This document shows positions 39,839-49,401 of a stretch of 64,000 nt of DNA, piece by piece. The position numbers were made by a program, and so were the translations under genes. The notes under the pieces were generated by a model, which did not search any database, had not been told where the DNA came from, and was given only the letters and a program-made list of their open reading frames with translations. The first letter of the stretch is position 1. Each line of letters opens with the position of its first letter. Source of the stretch: an uncultured Thermoplasmata archaeon (lineage in GTDB: Archaea; Thermoplasmatota; Thermoplasmata; UBA10834); contig CAWBDD010000018.1 of the NCBI GenBank assembly GCA_963787465.1, forward strand, positions 29,612-93,611. The letters are read 5' to 3'.

Positions 39839-40107
39839 CGTTTTCAGCTCAAACTACTGCGATGCCTCGCTGCGGTCTGGGGCGCACCAATACGGCGATT
39901 GCTGATAAACCTTGCCTTCCGTTGCTTCCACTGCAGGGGCAGTATGACACTGAGGCTCCCAGGAAGGCGAATATCGGCTGATTTCCGGATAGGCCAGTGT
40001 GCCCCGTATGACATTTTCGGACGAATTGTGACATTTTGGCAACCTATATATACCAATGTCCTACATATGTCCCTCTTGCGTCAGAAGAATCGGGATGGGA
40101 TGCACCT

Positions 40108-40491
40108 ATGTCCGACCCGCTGGAAAATGAGAGAATAACGATCCGCCTCGACCCGGAGGACCTAAAACTCCTGGACGAGTTCATAGCGGAAAGCAGGGAG
40201 TTCTCCAACAGGTCGCAACTAGCCCGAGTCGCTATCCGCGCGTACGTGGAGGCGAAGTCGGCAGGTGCAGAGGGGATGACTGGAAGGAAGCCGAACGAGG
40301 TGGTGGTCATGCTACCGCCCCTCGTCTTGGACATGATAGCTCATCTGGTGACCGAGGGTGTCTACAGCACGATATCCGAGGCAGTGGCCGATTGCGCCCG
40401 GGACAAGTTCCTCCACGCGGAGCACGTGGAGTCACTCAAGAAGGACGCGATGAGCCAGAGGAGCACCCTGAAAGTCGTACCGGATGCGTAG
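40108..40491 (+). CDS. cdrS: CdrS-like ribbon-helix-helix regulator (tandem RHH)
   Basis: ERITIRL...FSNRSQLARVAIR and a second VVVMLP...GVYSTISEAV; directly upstream of ftsZ. Confidence 0.75.
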   Translation: MSDPLENERITIRLDPEDLKLLDEFIAESREFSNRSQLARVAIRAYVEAKSAGAEGMTGRKPNEVVVMLPPLVLDMIAHLVTEGVYSTISEAVADCARDKFLHAEHVESLKKDAMSQRSTLKVVPDA

Positions 40492-40587
40492 GAGAGCTGA
40501 CGACGCCTTGGTCGGCGATAAGCTGGAGGGCACTCTCTCCGTGTGCCCCTGACTGCGTCGACCATACAGGATGGAGGCCAAGAGAGA

Positions 40588-41391
40588 ATGACGGCGGATG
40601 GGAGCAGGACAGGGGACATAATCAACACATTCGGGACGAGCCTGGGAGAGCCCGCAATCGCGGTAGTGGGTTGTGGCGGGGCCGGGTCGAACATCGTGCA
40701 CGGGATATACTGGAACTCGAGCAGGATCGACACGGTAGCCGTGAACACCGACGAGGAGCACCTAAGGAAGGTGGACGCCCACAAGAAGGTCCTGATAGGG
40801 AAGGACGTGACCTTCGGCAAGGATGCAAGCGGGTTCCCAGAGATAGGTGAGCACTGCGCTGACAAGGCAAGAGAGGTCATCAGAGAGGCCCTGAAAGGCT
40901 ACGACATCGTCTTCGTCGTGGCAGGGATGGGCGGCGGCACCGGTACAGGCGTCGCACCCGTGGTGGCCGCGGCCGCGAAGGATGTCAACGCCGTAGCATT
41001 CGCGATACCGATCATGCCCTTCGAGGTCGAAGGGGCCAACAGGCTTCAGAGGGCGAACGAGGGCCTGGCCAAGCTCAGGGAGGTCGCACACCACACGGTG
41101 CCCCTGGACAACAACAGGCTCATGCAGGTCGCTTCGGAGCTCTCGATGTCGGATGCGATGAAGGTCATCGACAGGAGCGTCGCCAAGCTGGTCGAGTCCG
41201 TTTCCGCGCACACGAGCTCGTATGTCAGCAGTCTCATGGCAGACATCACTGGCTACATAGAGACGGCCGAAGAGGAACCGGCGCCCATGCCTCCTACGGA
41301 GGCGCCGAGCCAGCTTGTCCATGCAGGCCTCGGGACGAACTTCGAGGAGTTCGAACCAGACCTGTACGGTCCTTCCGGCGGGTTCTTCTGA
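40588..41391 (+). CDS. ftsZ: FtsZ-family protein, GTP-binding domain only (no T7 loop or C-terminal domain)
   Basis: VVGCGGAGSN, AVNTD, AGMGGGTGTG, PFEVEG, DNNRL; no NxDxxD motif; start uncertain. Confidence 0.85.
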   Translation: MTADGSRTGDIINTFGTSLGEPAIAVVGCGGAGSNIVHGIYWNSSRIDTVAVNTDEEHLRKVDAHKKVLIGKDVTFGKDASGFPEIGEHCADKAREVIREALKGYDIVFVVAGMGGGTGTGVAPVVAAAAKDVNAVAFAIPIMPFEVEGANRLQRANEGLAKLREVAHHTVPLDNNRLMQVASELSMSDAMKVIDRSVAKLVESVSAHTSSYVSSLMADITGYIETAEEEPAPMPPTEAPSQLVHAGLGTNFEEFEPDLYGPSGGFF

Positions 41392-41572
41392 ACCAGGTCG
41401 CCCCGCGGGCACGGAAATGACGGCGCAGGCACCGCCGCCCACGCCGACTGGCCTCCTCCGCGGGGAGCAAAACGCCTTGACCCAAACTCCTTAACGATTC
41501 TCATTCGCCTGTCCAGAGGACAGATATGTTCTGACAGCAACCAAAATCAATGGCTAAGCGGTTCCAGTCCTC

Positions 41573-42673
41573 GTGAGGATAGGCTTCGTGGTCAACCCAA
41601 TCGCGGGCATGGGCGGCCCGGTCGGCCTCAAGGGCACCGATGGCGCGCGGACACTCGACCTCGCGCTGCAGCGCGGCGCACGCAAGTCCGCACCCGCAAG
41701 GGCGACCGCAGCCGCGATCGCGCTCAGGGCGCGCGGCATAGAGGCGGAGTTCCTGACATCCCCCGGAGAGATGGGGGCCGATGAGCTCAGCACCGCAGGG
41801 ATCGCGCACAAGGTCGTCACCGCGTCGACCGACCACTCCACGGCCGAGGACACCAGGGCAGCCGTCAGGGCGTTCGTCGAACGGGGTGTGGACATTGTCG
41901 TCTTCGCCGGAGGCGACGGCACGGCCAGGGACGTGCTGGAGGCATCCGGTGACAAGGTCCCCATCGTCGGCATCCCTTGCGGCGTGAAGATGCACTCCGC
42001 GGTCTTCGTGAACACCCCCTCCGAGCTGGCGGACCTCGTCCATGCGTTCGCCGCAGGCGGGGCTACCAGACAGGCTGAGGTCATGGACGTGGACGAGGAA
42101 GGCTTCAGACAGGGGATCCTCCGGGCGAGGCTGCACGGCTACGCCAAGGTCCCGGACGACCCGGCCCACGTCCAGTGTGGCAAGGAGGCGTACCGGACCT
42201 CTGGAGCGGAGGAGGAGGCGGCCGAGATAGGGCAGTACATCTCGGACGAGATGCGTCCGGGCGTCCTGTACATCTTAGGCCCCGGGAGCACGACCGCGCA
42301 CATCGCGAAGGCAATCGCGCAGGAGAAGACCCTGCTCGGTGTAGACGTATACATGGACAGGCGGCTCCTCAGGGCCGACGCGTCCGAGAAGGAGCTGCTC
42401 GACGCGCTCAAGGAGCGACGGGATGCCGTGCTAGTCGTGACCCCCATCGGCGCCCAGGGGTTCTTCTTGGGCAGGGGGAACCAGCAGGTGTCGCCCGCGG
42501 TCGTCAGAGCCGTGGGGACGGACAACATGGTCGTGGTGGCGACCCCGACGAAGCTCGCGGGGACTCCCGCGCTCAGGGTGGACAGTGGTGACCCTGCACT
42601 CGATGCGGAGCTGAAAGGCGACAGGAAGGTCGTCACCGGCTACAGACGCCGGAGGCTCGTGCGCGTCCTGTGA
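41573..42673 (+). CDS. ATP-NAD kinase family protein (COG3199-like)
   Basis: IGFVVNPIAGMGG, GGDGTARD, GVKMHSAVF, GRGNQQ. Confidence 0.88.
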   Translation: MRIGFVVNPIAGMGGPVGLKGTDGARTLDLALQRGARKSAPARATAAAIALRARGIEAEFLTSPGEMGADELSTAGIAHKVVTASTDHSTAEDTRAAVRAFVERGVDIVVFAGGDGTARDVLEASGDKVPIVGIPCGVKMHSAVFVNTPSELADLVHAFAAGGATRQAEVMDVDEEGFRQGILRARLHGYAKVPDDPAHVQCGKEAYRTSGAEEEAAEIGQYISDEMRPGVLYILGPGSTTAHIAKAIAQEKTLLGVDVYMDRRLLRADASEKELLDALKERRDAVLVVTPIGAQGFFLGRGNQQVSPAVVRAVGTDNMVVVATPTKLAGTPALRVDSGDPALDAELKGDRKVVTGYRRRRLVRVL

Positions 42674-42676
42674 CGC

Positions 42677-43570
42677 TCATACACCTGCGGTCTCGCGCTC
42701 GAGCAGGTACCGCCAGTTCTGGTCTACGGTCCTCTGGATCGCCTCGACCTCGACATCGGTCAGGTGCGAGAACCTCCCTTGGAGTTTGAGGTACTCGGAC
42801 ACTGGCAGCCCCTTGCCCTTCCTCGTGATTATGACCTTCCCGTCCTCGATCTCGTATAGCGGGAACATGTGGGTGTCCACGGCCAGCCTCGCCACCTCGA
42901 TCGAATGGGCGGGGTTCGTCTTCCAGCCTGGCGGGCATGGAGACATCGCGTGGAAGAACCTGAAGCCCTTCATGGCCTTCGCCTTATGGACCTTCTTGAC
43001 GAAGTCCTCGGGGTGAGCGACCGAAACGGTGGCTGCGTACGGGATCCTGTGGGCCTGCATGATAGCCATGATGTCCTTCTTGGGCTCGTGCTTGAAGTCG
43101 TGAGTGCTCCCCACAGGGGTCGTCGTGGTCCACGCCCCCCACGGGGTGGAGCCGCTCCTCTGTATGCCCGTGTTCATGTACGCCTCGTTGTCATACATCA
43201 CGTATATGGCGTCGGTCTTGCGCTCCGCTGCCCCCGACATGGCCTGTATGCCGATGTCGACGGTGCCGCCGTCCCCGGCGAAGCCGACGACGGTCACGTC
43301 CTTCTGACCCTTGACGTCCAGCGCGGCCCTCAGCCCGGAGATGGCCGCCCCGGTCGCCTCGAAGGCGCTGTACACAAGCGGGACCTTGAGGCAGTTGCTC
43401 GGCCAGTAGCCGGGCATGACCGCCCAGCAGCACGCGGGGATCGAAAGCACGGTCCTGTCTCCCAGGCCCTTGAGCAGATAGCGCATGACGAGGTTCGCTC
43501 CGCAGCCAGGACATCCGGTGTTCCCCGGATAGGTGAGTTCCTCCTCTGGTATGGTGGTCTTCCCCATCAT
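42677..43570 (-). CDS. porB: 2-oxoacid:ferredoxin oxidoreductase beta subunit
   Basis: GCPGCG, GDGG TPP motif, DNEAYMNTGIQRSG, SPCPPGW. Confidence 0.93.
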   Translation of the reverse strand: MMGKTTIPEEELTYPGNTGCPGCGANLVMRYLLKGLGDRTVLSIPACCWAVMPGYWPSNCLKVPLVYSAFEATGAAISGLRAALDVKGQKDVTVVGFAGDGGTVDIGIQAMSGAAERKTDAIYVMYDNEAYMNTGIQRSGSTPWGAWTTTTPVGSTHDFKHEPKKDIMAIMQAHRIPYAATVSVAHPEDFVKKVHKAKAMKGFRFFHAMSPCPPGWKTNPAHSIEVARLAVDTHMFPLYEIEDGKVIITRKGKGLPVSEYLKLQGRFSHLTDVEVEAIQRTVDQNWRYLLERETAGV

Positions 43571-44754
43571 CTCCACCTCTTTGGAAGTCCGGCGACGTCG
43601 ACCCACTCCACCTCGTTCCCCTCCGGCCTCTTCGTGACCAACATGAGGTCTTCGAAGATGCGTTCGAGTATCTTCGGGGTGATGTCCCTGCCGCCGAGCC
43701 CAGCGATGTAGTTCTTCATGACCGGCCTCTTCGGGCTCGAGTACACCGAGGCCTTGACCTCCGTGTACATCGCCCCTGCCGCCCCGAAGGTGTAGCTCCT
43801 GTCCAGCACGCCCAGCCCAGCGACCTTCGCTCCGAGGGCCTTGAACTCCTCGTGCGGGAACGGCCTGAAGGCCCTGATCCTTGCGAGCCCCACGGGGAAA
43901 CCTTTGGCCCTGAGCGAGTCGACGGCGTCCCTCGCCGTCGAAGCCACGGAGCCTGCCGCAACGAGGACGACCTCGGCATCGTCGCACCTGTAGCGCTCGA
44001 GTAGGCCCCCGTGCTCCCGCCCGAAGACCTGCTTGAACTCCTGCTCGACCCTGAGGAACCTGTCATGGGCGTCCTTCATCCCGAGCATCGCCTTGTACCT
44101 GAATTCCATGTACTGGTCTGGCCGGACCAGCGACCCGAATCCCATCGGCTTGCCCACCTCGAGCTTCAGCTCAGGCGAGTAGCTCGGGAGGAAGTCGTCC
44201 ACGATGGCCGCATCCGGGATGTCCACCGGTTCCGATGTGTGTGAGAGTATGAACGCGTCCTCGATGACCATCGCCGGGAGCATGACCCCTTTGCTCTCGC
44301 AGACCTTGTACGCCATCAGGATGGTGTCGAGGACCTCCTGGTTGCTCTGGCAGAAGAACTCCATCCAGCCGGTGTCCCTCTGGGCGACCGAGTCCATGTG
44401 GTCCACCCAGACACTCCACGGCGGTGCCATCGCCCTGCTGACATTCGTCATGACGATGGGAAGCCTCGCCCCGGACGCCCACATCAGCACCTCGTGCATG
44501 AGTGTGAGCCCGTGCGAGCTGGTCGCCGTGTATGTCCGCGCCCCGGCGATCTCCGCCGCGATGCACGCGGCCATGGCGCTGTGCTCACTCTCAACAGGCA
44601 CGAACTTCGCATTCATCTCGCCCGTCGAGACCCAGTCAGCCAGCTTCTCCACGATAGATGTCTGAGGCGTGATGGGGTAGGCGGCTATGACCTCGGCTCG
44701 CGCGAGCCTCGCGCCCCACGCTGAGGCGTAGTTGCCCGTCATGACCTTCCTCAT
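43567..44754 (-). CDS. porA: 2-oxoacid:ferredoxin oxidoreductase alpha subunit
   Basis: AYPITPQT, VESEHSAM, GLGGRD. Confidence 0.93.
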   Translation of the reverse strand: MRKVMTGNYASAWGARLARAEVIAAYPITPQTSIVEKLADWVSTGEMNAKFVPVESEHSAMAACIAAEIAGARTYTATSSHGLTLMHEVLMWASGARLPIVMTNVSRAMAPPWSVWVDHMDSVAQRDTGWMEFFCQSNQEVLDTILMAYKVCESKGVMLPAMVIEDAFILSHTSEPVDIPDAAIVDDFLPSYSPELKLEVGKPMGFGSLVRPDQYMEFRYKAMLGMKDAHDRFLRVEQEFKQVFGREHGGLLERYRCDDAEVVLVAAGSVASTARDAVDSLRAKGFPVGLARIRAFRPFPHEEFKALGAKVAGLGVLDRSYTFGAAGAMYTEVKASVYSSPKRPVMKNYIAGLGGRDITPKILERIFEDLMLVTKRPEGNEVEWVDVAGLPKRWR

Positions 44755-45023
44755 TCCGTCCCCTCCTTGACCATCACTATGCACTTGGCAGGGCACTCGA
44801 ACGCGCAGATGCCGCAGCCCTTGCAGAACCTGAGGTCCACATCCGGCACGCCATCGACGAGTATTATTGCCCCGTCGGGGCAGAACTTCCAGCAGATCGT
44901 GCACTTCTTGCACTTCTCCTTGTCGACGACCGGTCTGATGACCCGCCAGTTGCCTGTGAGGTTGACCGTGCTCGGGGTGTCCGAGACCGGGGTGATCGGG
45001 AGCTCCTCGTACCCCTTCGTCAT
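44751..45023 (-). CDS. porD: 2-oxoacid:ferredoxin oxidoreductase delta subunit (2x[4Fe-4S])
   Basis: TGNWRVIRP, CKKCTICWKFCP, CKGCGICAFECP. Confidence 0.93.
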   Translation of the reverse strand: MTKGYEELPITPVSDTPSTVNLTGNWRVIRPVVDKEKCKKCTICWKFCPDGAIILVDGVPDVDLRFCKGCGICAFECPAKCIVMVKEGTE

Positions 45024-45586
45024 GCCTTGACCTCCTTCGTGCGCTCATACGCTTCGCGCGCGGCCGCGACGTTCTCATCCTGTTTCACGGGCGCGTGCTC
45101 GCGTATGCTCGCCTGCACGGCATCCAATGAGACCGCGTCACACATCTTCGCGAAACCGCCCATGATCGCGGTGTTCACAATCGGCGTCGTGCGCGAGCCG
45201 ATCCCGTGCTTCACTGCGATCCCCGTCGCGTCTATGACGAAGTACCTGTACCTGTCCGGAAGGCCCACGAGGGGCTTGTCCTCCGGGTAGTTGATCAGCA
45301 CCGTTCCTTCTGGCTTGAGGCCCTCCAGTACGTCGACGCCCTTCAGCAAGGAGTTGTCGAGGACGACGATGTAATCGGGCTCGTAGATGCTCGACTTGTT
45401 GCGTATCGGCTTCGCATCGAACCGCGCGAACGCAGTCACTGGGGCCCCCCTCCGCTCCACGCCGAAGAACGGGAAGGACGCGACCTCGAAGCCCATCCTG
45501 AAGGCTGCCTCGGCCAAAACCTCGGAAGCGATGACCACGCCCTGGCCACCTCTCCCGTGAAACCTGACTTCAATCACCAGGCACAC
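45020..45586 (-). CDS. porC: 2-oxoacid:ferredoxin oxidoreductase gamma subunit
   Basis: EVRFHGRGGQG, FGVERRGAPV, NTAIMG. Confidence 0.93.
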   Translation of the reverse strand: MCLVIEVRFHGRGGQGVVIASEVLAEAAFRMGFEVASFPFFGVERRGAPVTAFARFDAKPIRNKSSIYEPDYIVVLDNSLLKGVDVLEGLKPEGTVLINYPEDKPLVGLPDRYRYFVIDATGIAVKHGIGSRTTPIVNTAIMGGFAKMCDAVSLDAVQASIREHAPVKQDENVAAAREAYERTKEVKA

Positions 45587-45729
45587 CTGTGTGCGACTAC
45601 CGTCTTATACGTATTAAGTACTCACCCACCTACAAGGTCGAGGGGACGTCCGCGTCGGCGCTGGCGCGACGCCGACCAAGGGCATGGTCGCGGAACGGTT
45701 TTACATATCACGTCCGCGATAGGTCGTCC

Positions 45730-46185
45730 GTGAAACGACCGTTCATCTCCGTGCATGTCAGGGCATTCTGTCACGAGACGGAGGACCTCGCCAAGGTGGA
45801 AGGAGCCGTCCGCAGCGTCTCTGGCGACGTCGAGCTCAGGTCCAAAAGGACTGAGGGGCACCACGGCAACCACCTGACCGTCATCGAAGGAGACTTCACT
45901 GACTCAGCCGTCGCCGAGGCGGTCCTGCGGAGGCTGAGCGACGACGACCTGAGGACCTTGGTCGACACGGCGGGGCGGCGCACGGACGAATCGTGCAACT
46001 TCTTCCTCAGACTCGACAAACAGAGGGCCTGTGGAGGCGAGGCCGTGCTCACCCATTCCGACGATGCGGTCTCGGTAAGGATCAAGGTCAGCGCGTTCCC
46101 GGCGAAGTCTGAGACCGCGGTGGCAACGGTGAGAGCGTTCATCGCCGAGGTCATGAGCACCCGGGCCGGGACTGCGGCCGGGTGA
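45730..46185 (+). CDS. RNA-binding protein (COG1325-like)
   Basis: HETEDLAKV, EGHHGN, FFLRLDKQ; GTG start inferred. Confidence 0.82.
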   Translation: MKRPFISVHVRAFCHETEDLAKVEGAVRSVSGDVELRSKRTEGHHGNHLTVIEGDFTDSAVAEAVLRRLSDDDLRTLVDTAGRRTDESCNFFLRLDKQRACGGEAVLTHSDDAVSVRIKVSAFPAKSETAVATVRAFIAEVMSTRAGTAAG

Positions 46186-46246
46186 GGGCCGAGCGGGTGT
46201 TCGATTCATTCTTATATCCGCCAGGCATCTCACGCATGGCAAGCAT

Positions 46247-46334
46247 GCAGGGGTAGCCAAGACCGGCCAACGGCGCAAGGCTTAGGACCTTGTCCAGCAG
46301 TGGTTCCGCGGTTCGAATCCGCGCCCCTGCACCA
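46247..46334 (+). tRNA. tRNA-Leu(TAG), CCA encoded
   Basis: GCAGGGG/CCCCTGC acceptor; CAAGG-CTTAGGA-CCTTG anticodon arm; long variable arm; GTTCGAATC. Confidence 0.95.
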
Positions 46335-46864
46335 CTGACCACACTGAGAGGGATTTAGATGCGAAAAAACCGCGACTGCCGTGCTGTCCCCAATAGGGAT
46401 TCTATCTTGGGGTTCTCTTTGTCCAGATAACCAGGGACACGATGAATGCGACCGGCGCAATCAAGAGAATCGTACCAAGTATCTCTTCATTCTTGTGAAT
46501 CAGAGTAATTCCAGAGATGACGCCGAGAAACAGTGCCGTGAACGCGAGTGCGCCGATGGCGGGTGGCACGGAACCCACTTTCCTTCGCCTAATCTCGGAG
46601 GATTCGCATACCTGCAAAAACCTTCCCGTTGATGGTCCGAAACCCCCGAAGATAGACATGAATGTCACAGTGATACGATTGATACGCGAGTGAATATAGG
46701 TTATCGTGGACGCCCAACTATCAGGACATGCTTTTGTTACTCAGGCGAACCTACTGTGAAGTCCACGCCGTCGGAAACGTTATCAATCGCAACCACCCTA
46801 CCAAGGGGCAGGCTTAGGACCTTGTCCAGCAGTGGTTCCGCGGTTCGAATCCGCGCCCCTGCAC
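46278..46864. mobile_element. Integrase-less mini-island bounded by a 55-bp direct repeat of the tRNA-Leu 3' part (attL/attR-like)
   Basis: 46278-46332 identical to 46810-46864; enclosed DNA is AT-richer than its flanks. Confidence 0.8.
46402..46668 (-). CDS. Small two-TM hypothetical protein (island cargo)
   Basis: Two hydrophobic helices; start uncertain. Confidence 0.5.
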   Translation of the reverse strand: MTFMSIFGGFGPSTGRFLQVCESSEIRRRKVGSVPPAIGALAFTALFLGVISGITLIHKNEEILGTILLIAPVAFIVSLVIWTKRTPR

Positions 46865-46978
46865 ACCTACGATTCTCCCGACGGCCGTCAATGCTCCAGA
46901 ATGCAAGGCCAGATATCGGGAATCCCGAGAAGCATTTATAGCCGATGCCGCCGGTGCATTCTCAGCGTAGGGTGGCTC

Positions 46979-47602
46979 ATGCAGTCAGACGAGATGCCCG
47001 TGTGGATGACAAGCAGGCCCCACAGGGAGATTCCGGAGAACAGAGAACCATCGAAGGTTCCGGCAATCGCCCTGCTGTTGTTGCTCGGAGTCCTGATCGC
47101 ACTCGGCGTGTATGTGGCCTTCGAACACTCGTCAGCGTTCCACATCCTCGTGATGGCAGCGGGCGCCACACTGCTCGCGTCGGTTTACCTGAGCCGTATC
47201 CAGTGTTCATGGAAGACGGTGGGAGTGTTCATCCCTGTGGCTATTGCGGTCAACTGCGTGATGGCCTACACAGTGACTGTCATCGAGAACACCGCATCCG
47301 GGGGAGTCGCATATATCGCAGGAGTCATCTTCACCGGACTCATCGGACTCCTCCTCCTAACGAGAACGAGGGCCGTACTCTCCACACGAACCAAGGCAGC
47401 TGTGATCGGAGCGGTGGCCGTTATGTGCGCTCCCGGTCCCCTGCTGTACATGTTCGTGCCGACGGAGGGGACGCTCGGGACCGTGCCAGGATGGCTCATC
47501 CTGACGAGCGTCCCGATGATGGTCGTGCTGATGGCGGCCGCGTTCGTCCTGAGTGCTCGCCATCGGTCCGAGGTCACCATGCCTCACGACAGATGGCTCT
47601 GA
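46979..47602 (+). CDS. Hypothetical multi-pass membrane protein
   Basis: About six hydrophobic segments; ATG 46979 after GGTGG. Confidence 0.65.
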   Translation: MQSDEMPVWMTSRPHREIPENREPSKVPAIALLLLLGVLIALGVYVAFEHSSAFHILVMAAGATLLASVYLSRIQCSWKTVGVFIPVAIAVNCVMAYTVTVIENTASGGVAYIAGVIFTGLIGLLLLTRTRAVLSTRTKAAVIGAVAVMCAPGPLLYMFVPTEGTLGTVPGWLILTSVPMMVVLMAAAFVLSARHRSEVTMPHDRWL

Positions 47603-47694
47603 TTTCAGCGACGCTGATCCGTCGAGCGCACCTCTGAGACGCGATGACGTGCGGGAGGCCCCGTCGAAGCGACGGGCGTGTCACTTGCTGCTCT

Positions 47695-47952
47695 TCATGG
47701 CCCTTTCGTCGAGCTCTTCGCGTCTCCCCTGCGGACGAACTCGAGGCAGCCTGCCTCGTACTCCTGGGCCGACAGGAACTTCCTGTACGTCCCCTGAGGG
47801 AAGCAGCCCCTCTGGTTCCCCCTGACCGACAGCCAGGCGCAGTGTCGGCAGGTCCGTCCGTCCCGTTTCCTGACCTCCGAGAGGAAGGCCAACTCGTCCT
47901 TGGTGTATCCCTCATCATCCTGCGGGGCCATGGAGGGTAATACGTTGCGCAC
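47695..47952 (-). CDS. Small Cys-containing hypothetical protein
   Basis: CRHC...GCFP...GCLEF; start uncertain. Confidence 0.5.
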   Translation of the reverse strand: MRNVLPSMAPQDDEGYTKDELAFLSEVRKRDGRTCRHCAWLSVRGNQRGCFPQGTYRKFLSAQEYEAGCLEFVRRGDAKSSTKGP

Positions 47953-48015
47953 GCACTCAAGCTTTCCGCTGGGGCCAGCCCTCAGATTATATAGCCGCCG
48001 CGCAATCAGCCCAAT

Positions 48016-48381
48016 GTGAAGTTCACTTACTGTCCCAGGTGCAAAGAGCTCAGGACCAAGCCCTGGTACGCACTCAAGGACAGGTGCGCCAGGTGCGCGG
48101 GCGACGTCGTCCTCATCCCCATACCGCCTGCGGCGATGACATACGCCGTCTACGCCCTCGTCGGGATATGCTTCGTGCTGGTCTACTACGGATCAAAGGC
48201 AGACGACAAGCTCATGGTCTATGCAGCGCTCGCAGGAGTTGTGGCCGCGATGGTCCTCCAGTTCCTCGAACTCTCGAGAGGAGAGAAGTACGCAAGGACG
48301 AGGATCAAGCCGACCAAGTCAGACGCCGCCGCCCTGAAGAAGAAGGGATGGGTCAAGGACGAGCACGGCAAGGTAGCCTGA
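48016..48381 (+). CDS. Zinc-ribbon membrane protein
   Basis: CPRC...CARC followed by two TM helices. Confidence 0.65.
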   Translation: MKFTYCPRCKELRTKPWYALKDRCARCAGDVVLIPIPPAAMTYAVYALVGICFVLVYYGSKADDKLMVYAALAGVVAAMVLQFLELSRGEKYARTRIKPTKSDAAALKKKGWVKDEHGKVA

Positions 48382-48870
48382 CCCTCCGACACCCGGGAAC
48401 TCCTGAGTCGCCGACACCCTGACATCGCTGGCCGCGGGCGACCGTTCGATTCTGAGGACCGTCTGTCCACCATCCACCGTGTCGATCACCTGCAGATGCG
48501 GGGACAGCCCGGGGGCGACTATCTTCTCAAGCATGGCCAACAGCACGATGTCCAGCTCCTCGAACGAGGAGGGGGCAGCGCCCTGGCTTATCCAGCACGC
48601 TTCGGCCATCAGGCAATCCGCGACCGGCTCGCATCCGGCGATCGTCAGCCCGTCCCAGAGCTCGATCTCGGCCCCGACCGACGCTCTCAGGAAGACCCTC
48701 AGGACCTCTGCGGGGTCGCCGGCGCCATCCGCATCCCCCAGTGGGTCAAGAGGCTGGCTCCTTGAGTACGAGAGCAGCACGGACGAGGCTAGCATCGCGA
48801 CGGCGAAGAACACCATCGCATCCATCAGGGCCAGCTGCCCGCCTCTGCCGAACCTGCGCCTACCAGACAA
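48319..48870 (-). CDS. Type IV pilin-like protein
   Basis: Class III signal-like RRRFGRGG|QLALMDAMVFF; divergent from the secretion ATPase. Confidence 0.6.
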   Translation of the reverse strand: MSGRRRFGRGGQLALMDAMVFFAVAMLASSVLLSYSRSQPLDPLGDADGAGDPAEVLRVFLRASVGAEIELWDGLTIAGCEPVADCLMAEACWISQGAAPSSFEELDIVLLAMLEKIVAPGLSPHLQVIDTVDGGQTVLRIERSPAASDVRVSATQEFPGVGGSGYLAVLVLDPSLLLQGGGV

Positions 48871-49300
48871 TCACAGTCACCTCCACGACGACCACCGTCC
48901 CGTCGTCGTCCAGAGCGTCCGCGAGGCGCGAGCAGCAGCCGGCAGCATCCGGGCGCTCCGTCGGGAGGGACCCCCATGAGAGGAGCGTGTCCGCCGTCGG
49001 ATAGACGGACCGCACCGTCACGAACGAGCTAGTGCAATCACCGGCGAGGGGCTGCAGGCAGTCCGATATGTTGAGCGACCTCAGCCCCGAGACGGTCGGG
49101 ATGTCCGCCACGCATGCCACGTCGAGGATCCCTTCGGCGAACAGCTCGGCCCGGTGCTCGAGTTCCGGTCCGGGCACGCCCTGGGCATCCTGGGTCGCGT
49201 TCACCGCAGACACCACCAGCATGCAGACCCCGGCCAGAACGAACATCAACACCGGCAGGTCCTCCGCGAATCCACCGACAGCGGCCTCGTCGCTCCTCAC
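48860..49300 (-). CDS. Pilin-like membrane-anchored protein
   Basis: RSDEAAVGGFAEDLPVLMFVLAGV N-terminal hydrophobic segment; C-terminal VVVEVTVIVW. Confidence 0.55.
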   Translation of the reverse strand: MRSDEAAVGGFAEDLPVLMFVLAGVCMLVVSAVNATQDAQGVPGPELEHRAELFAEGILDVACVADIPTVSGLRSLNISDCLQPLAGDCTSSFVTVRSVYPTADTLLSWGSLPTERPDAAGCCSRLADALDDDGTVVVVEVTVIVW

Positions 49301-49401
49301 GGTACAGAGACAGGCTGCGCGTCGGCCTACTAGTCGACCGCTACATGTAGCATTCAACCGCCCCCACGATACAAGAACCCTCGAACACGATTGAGCCAAA
49401 C

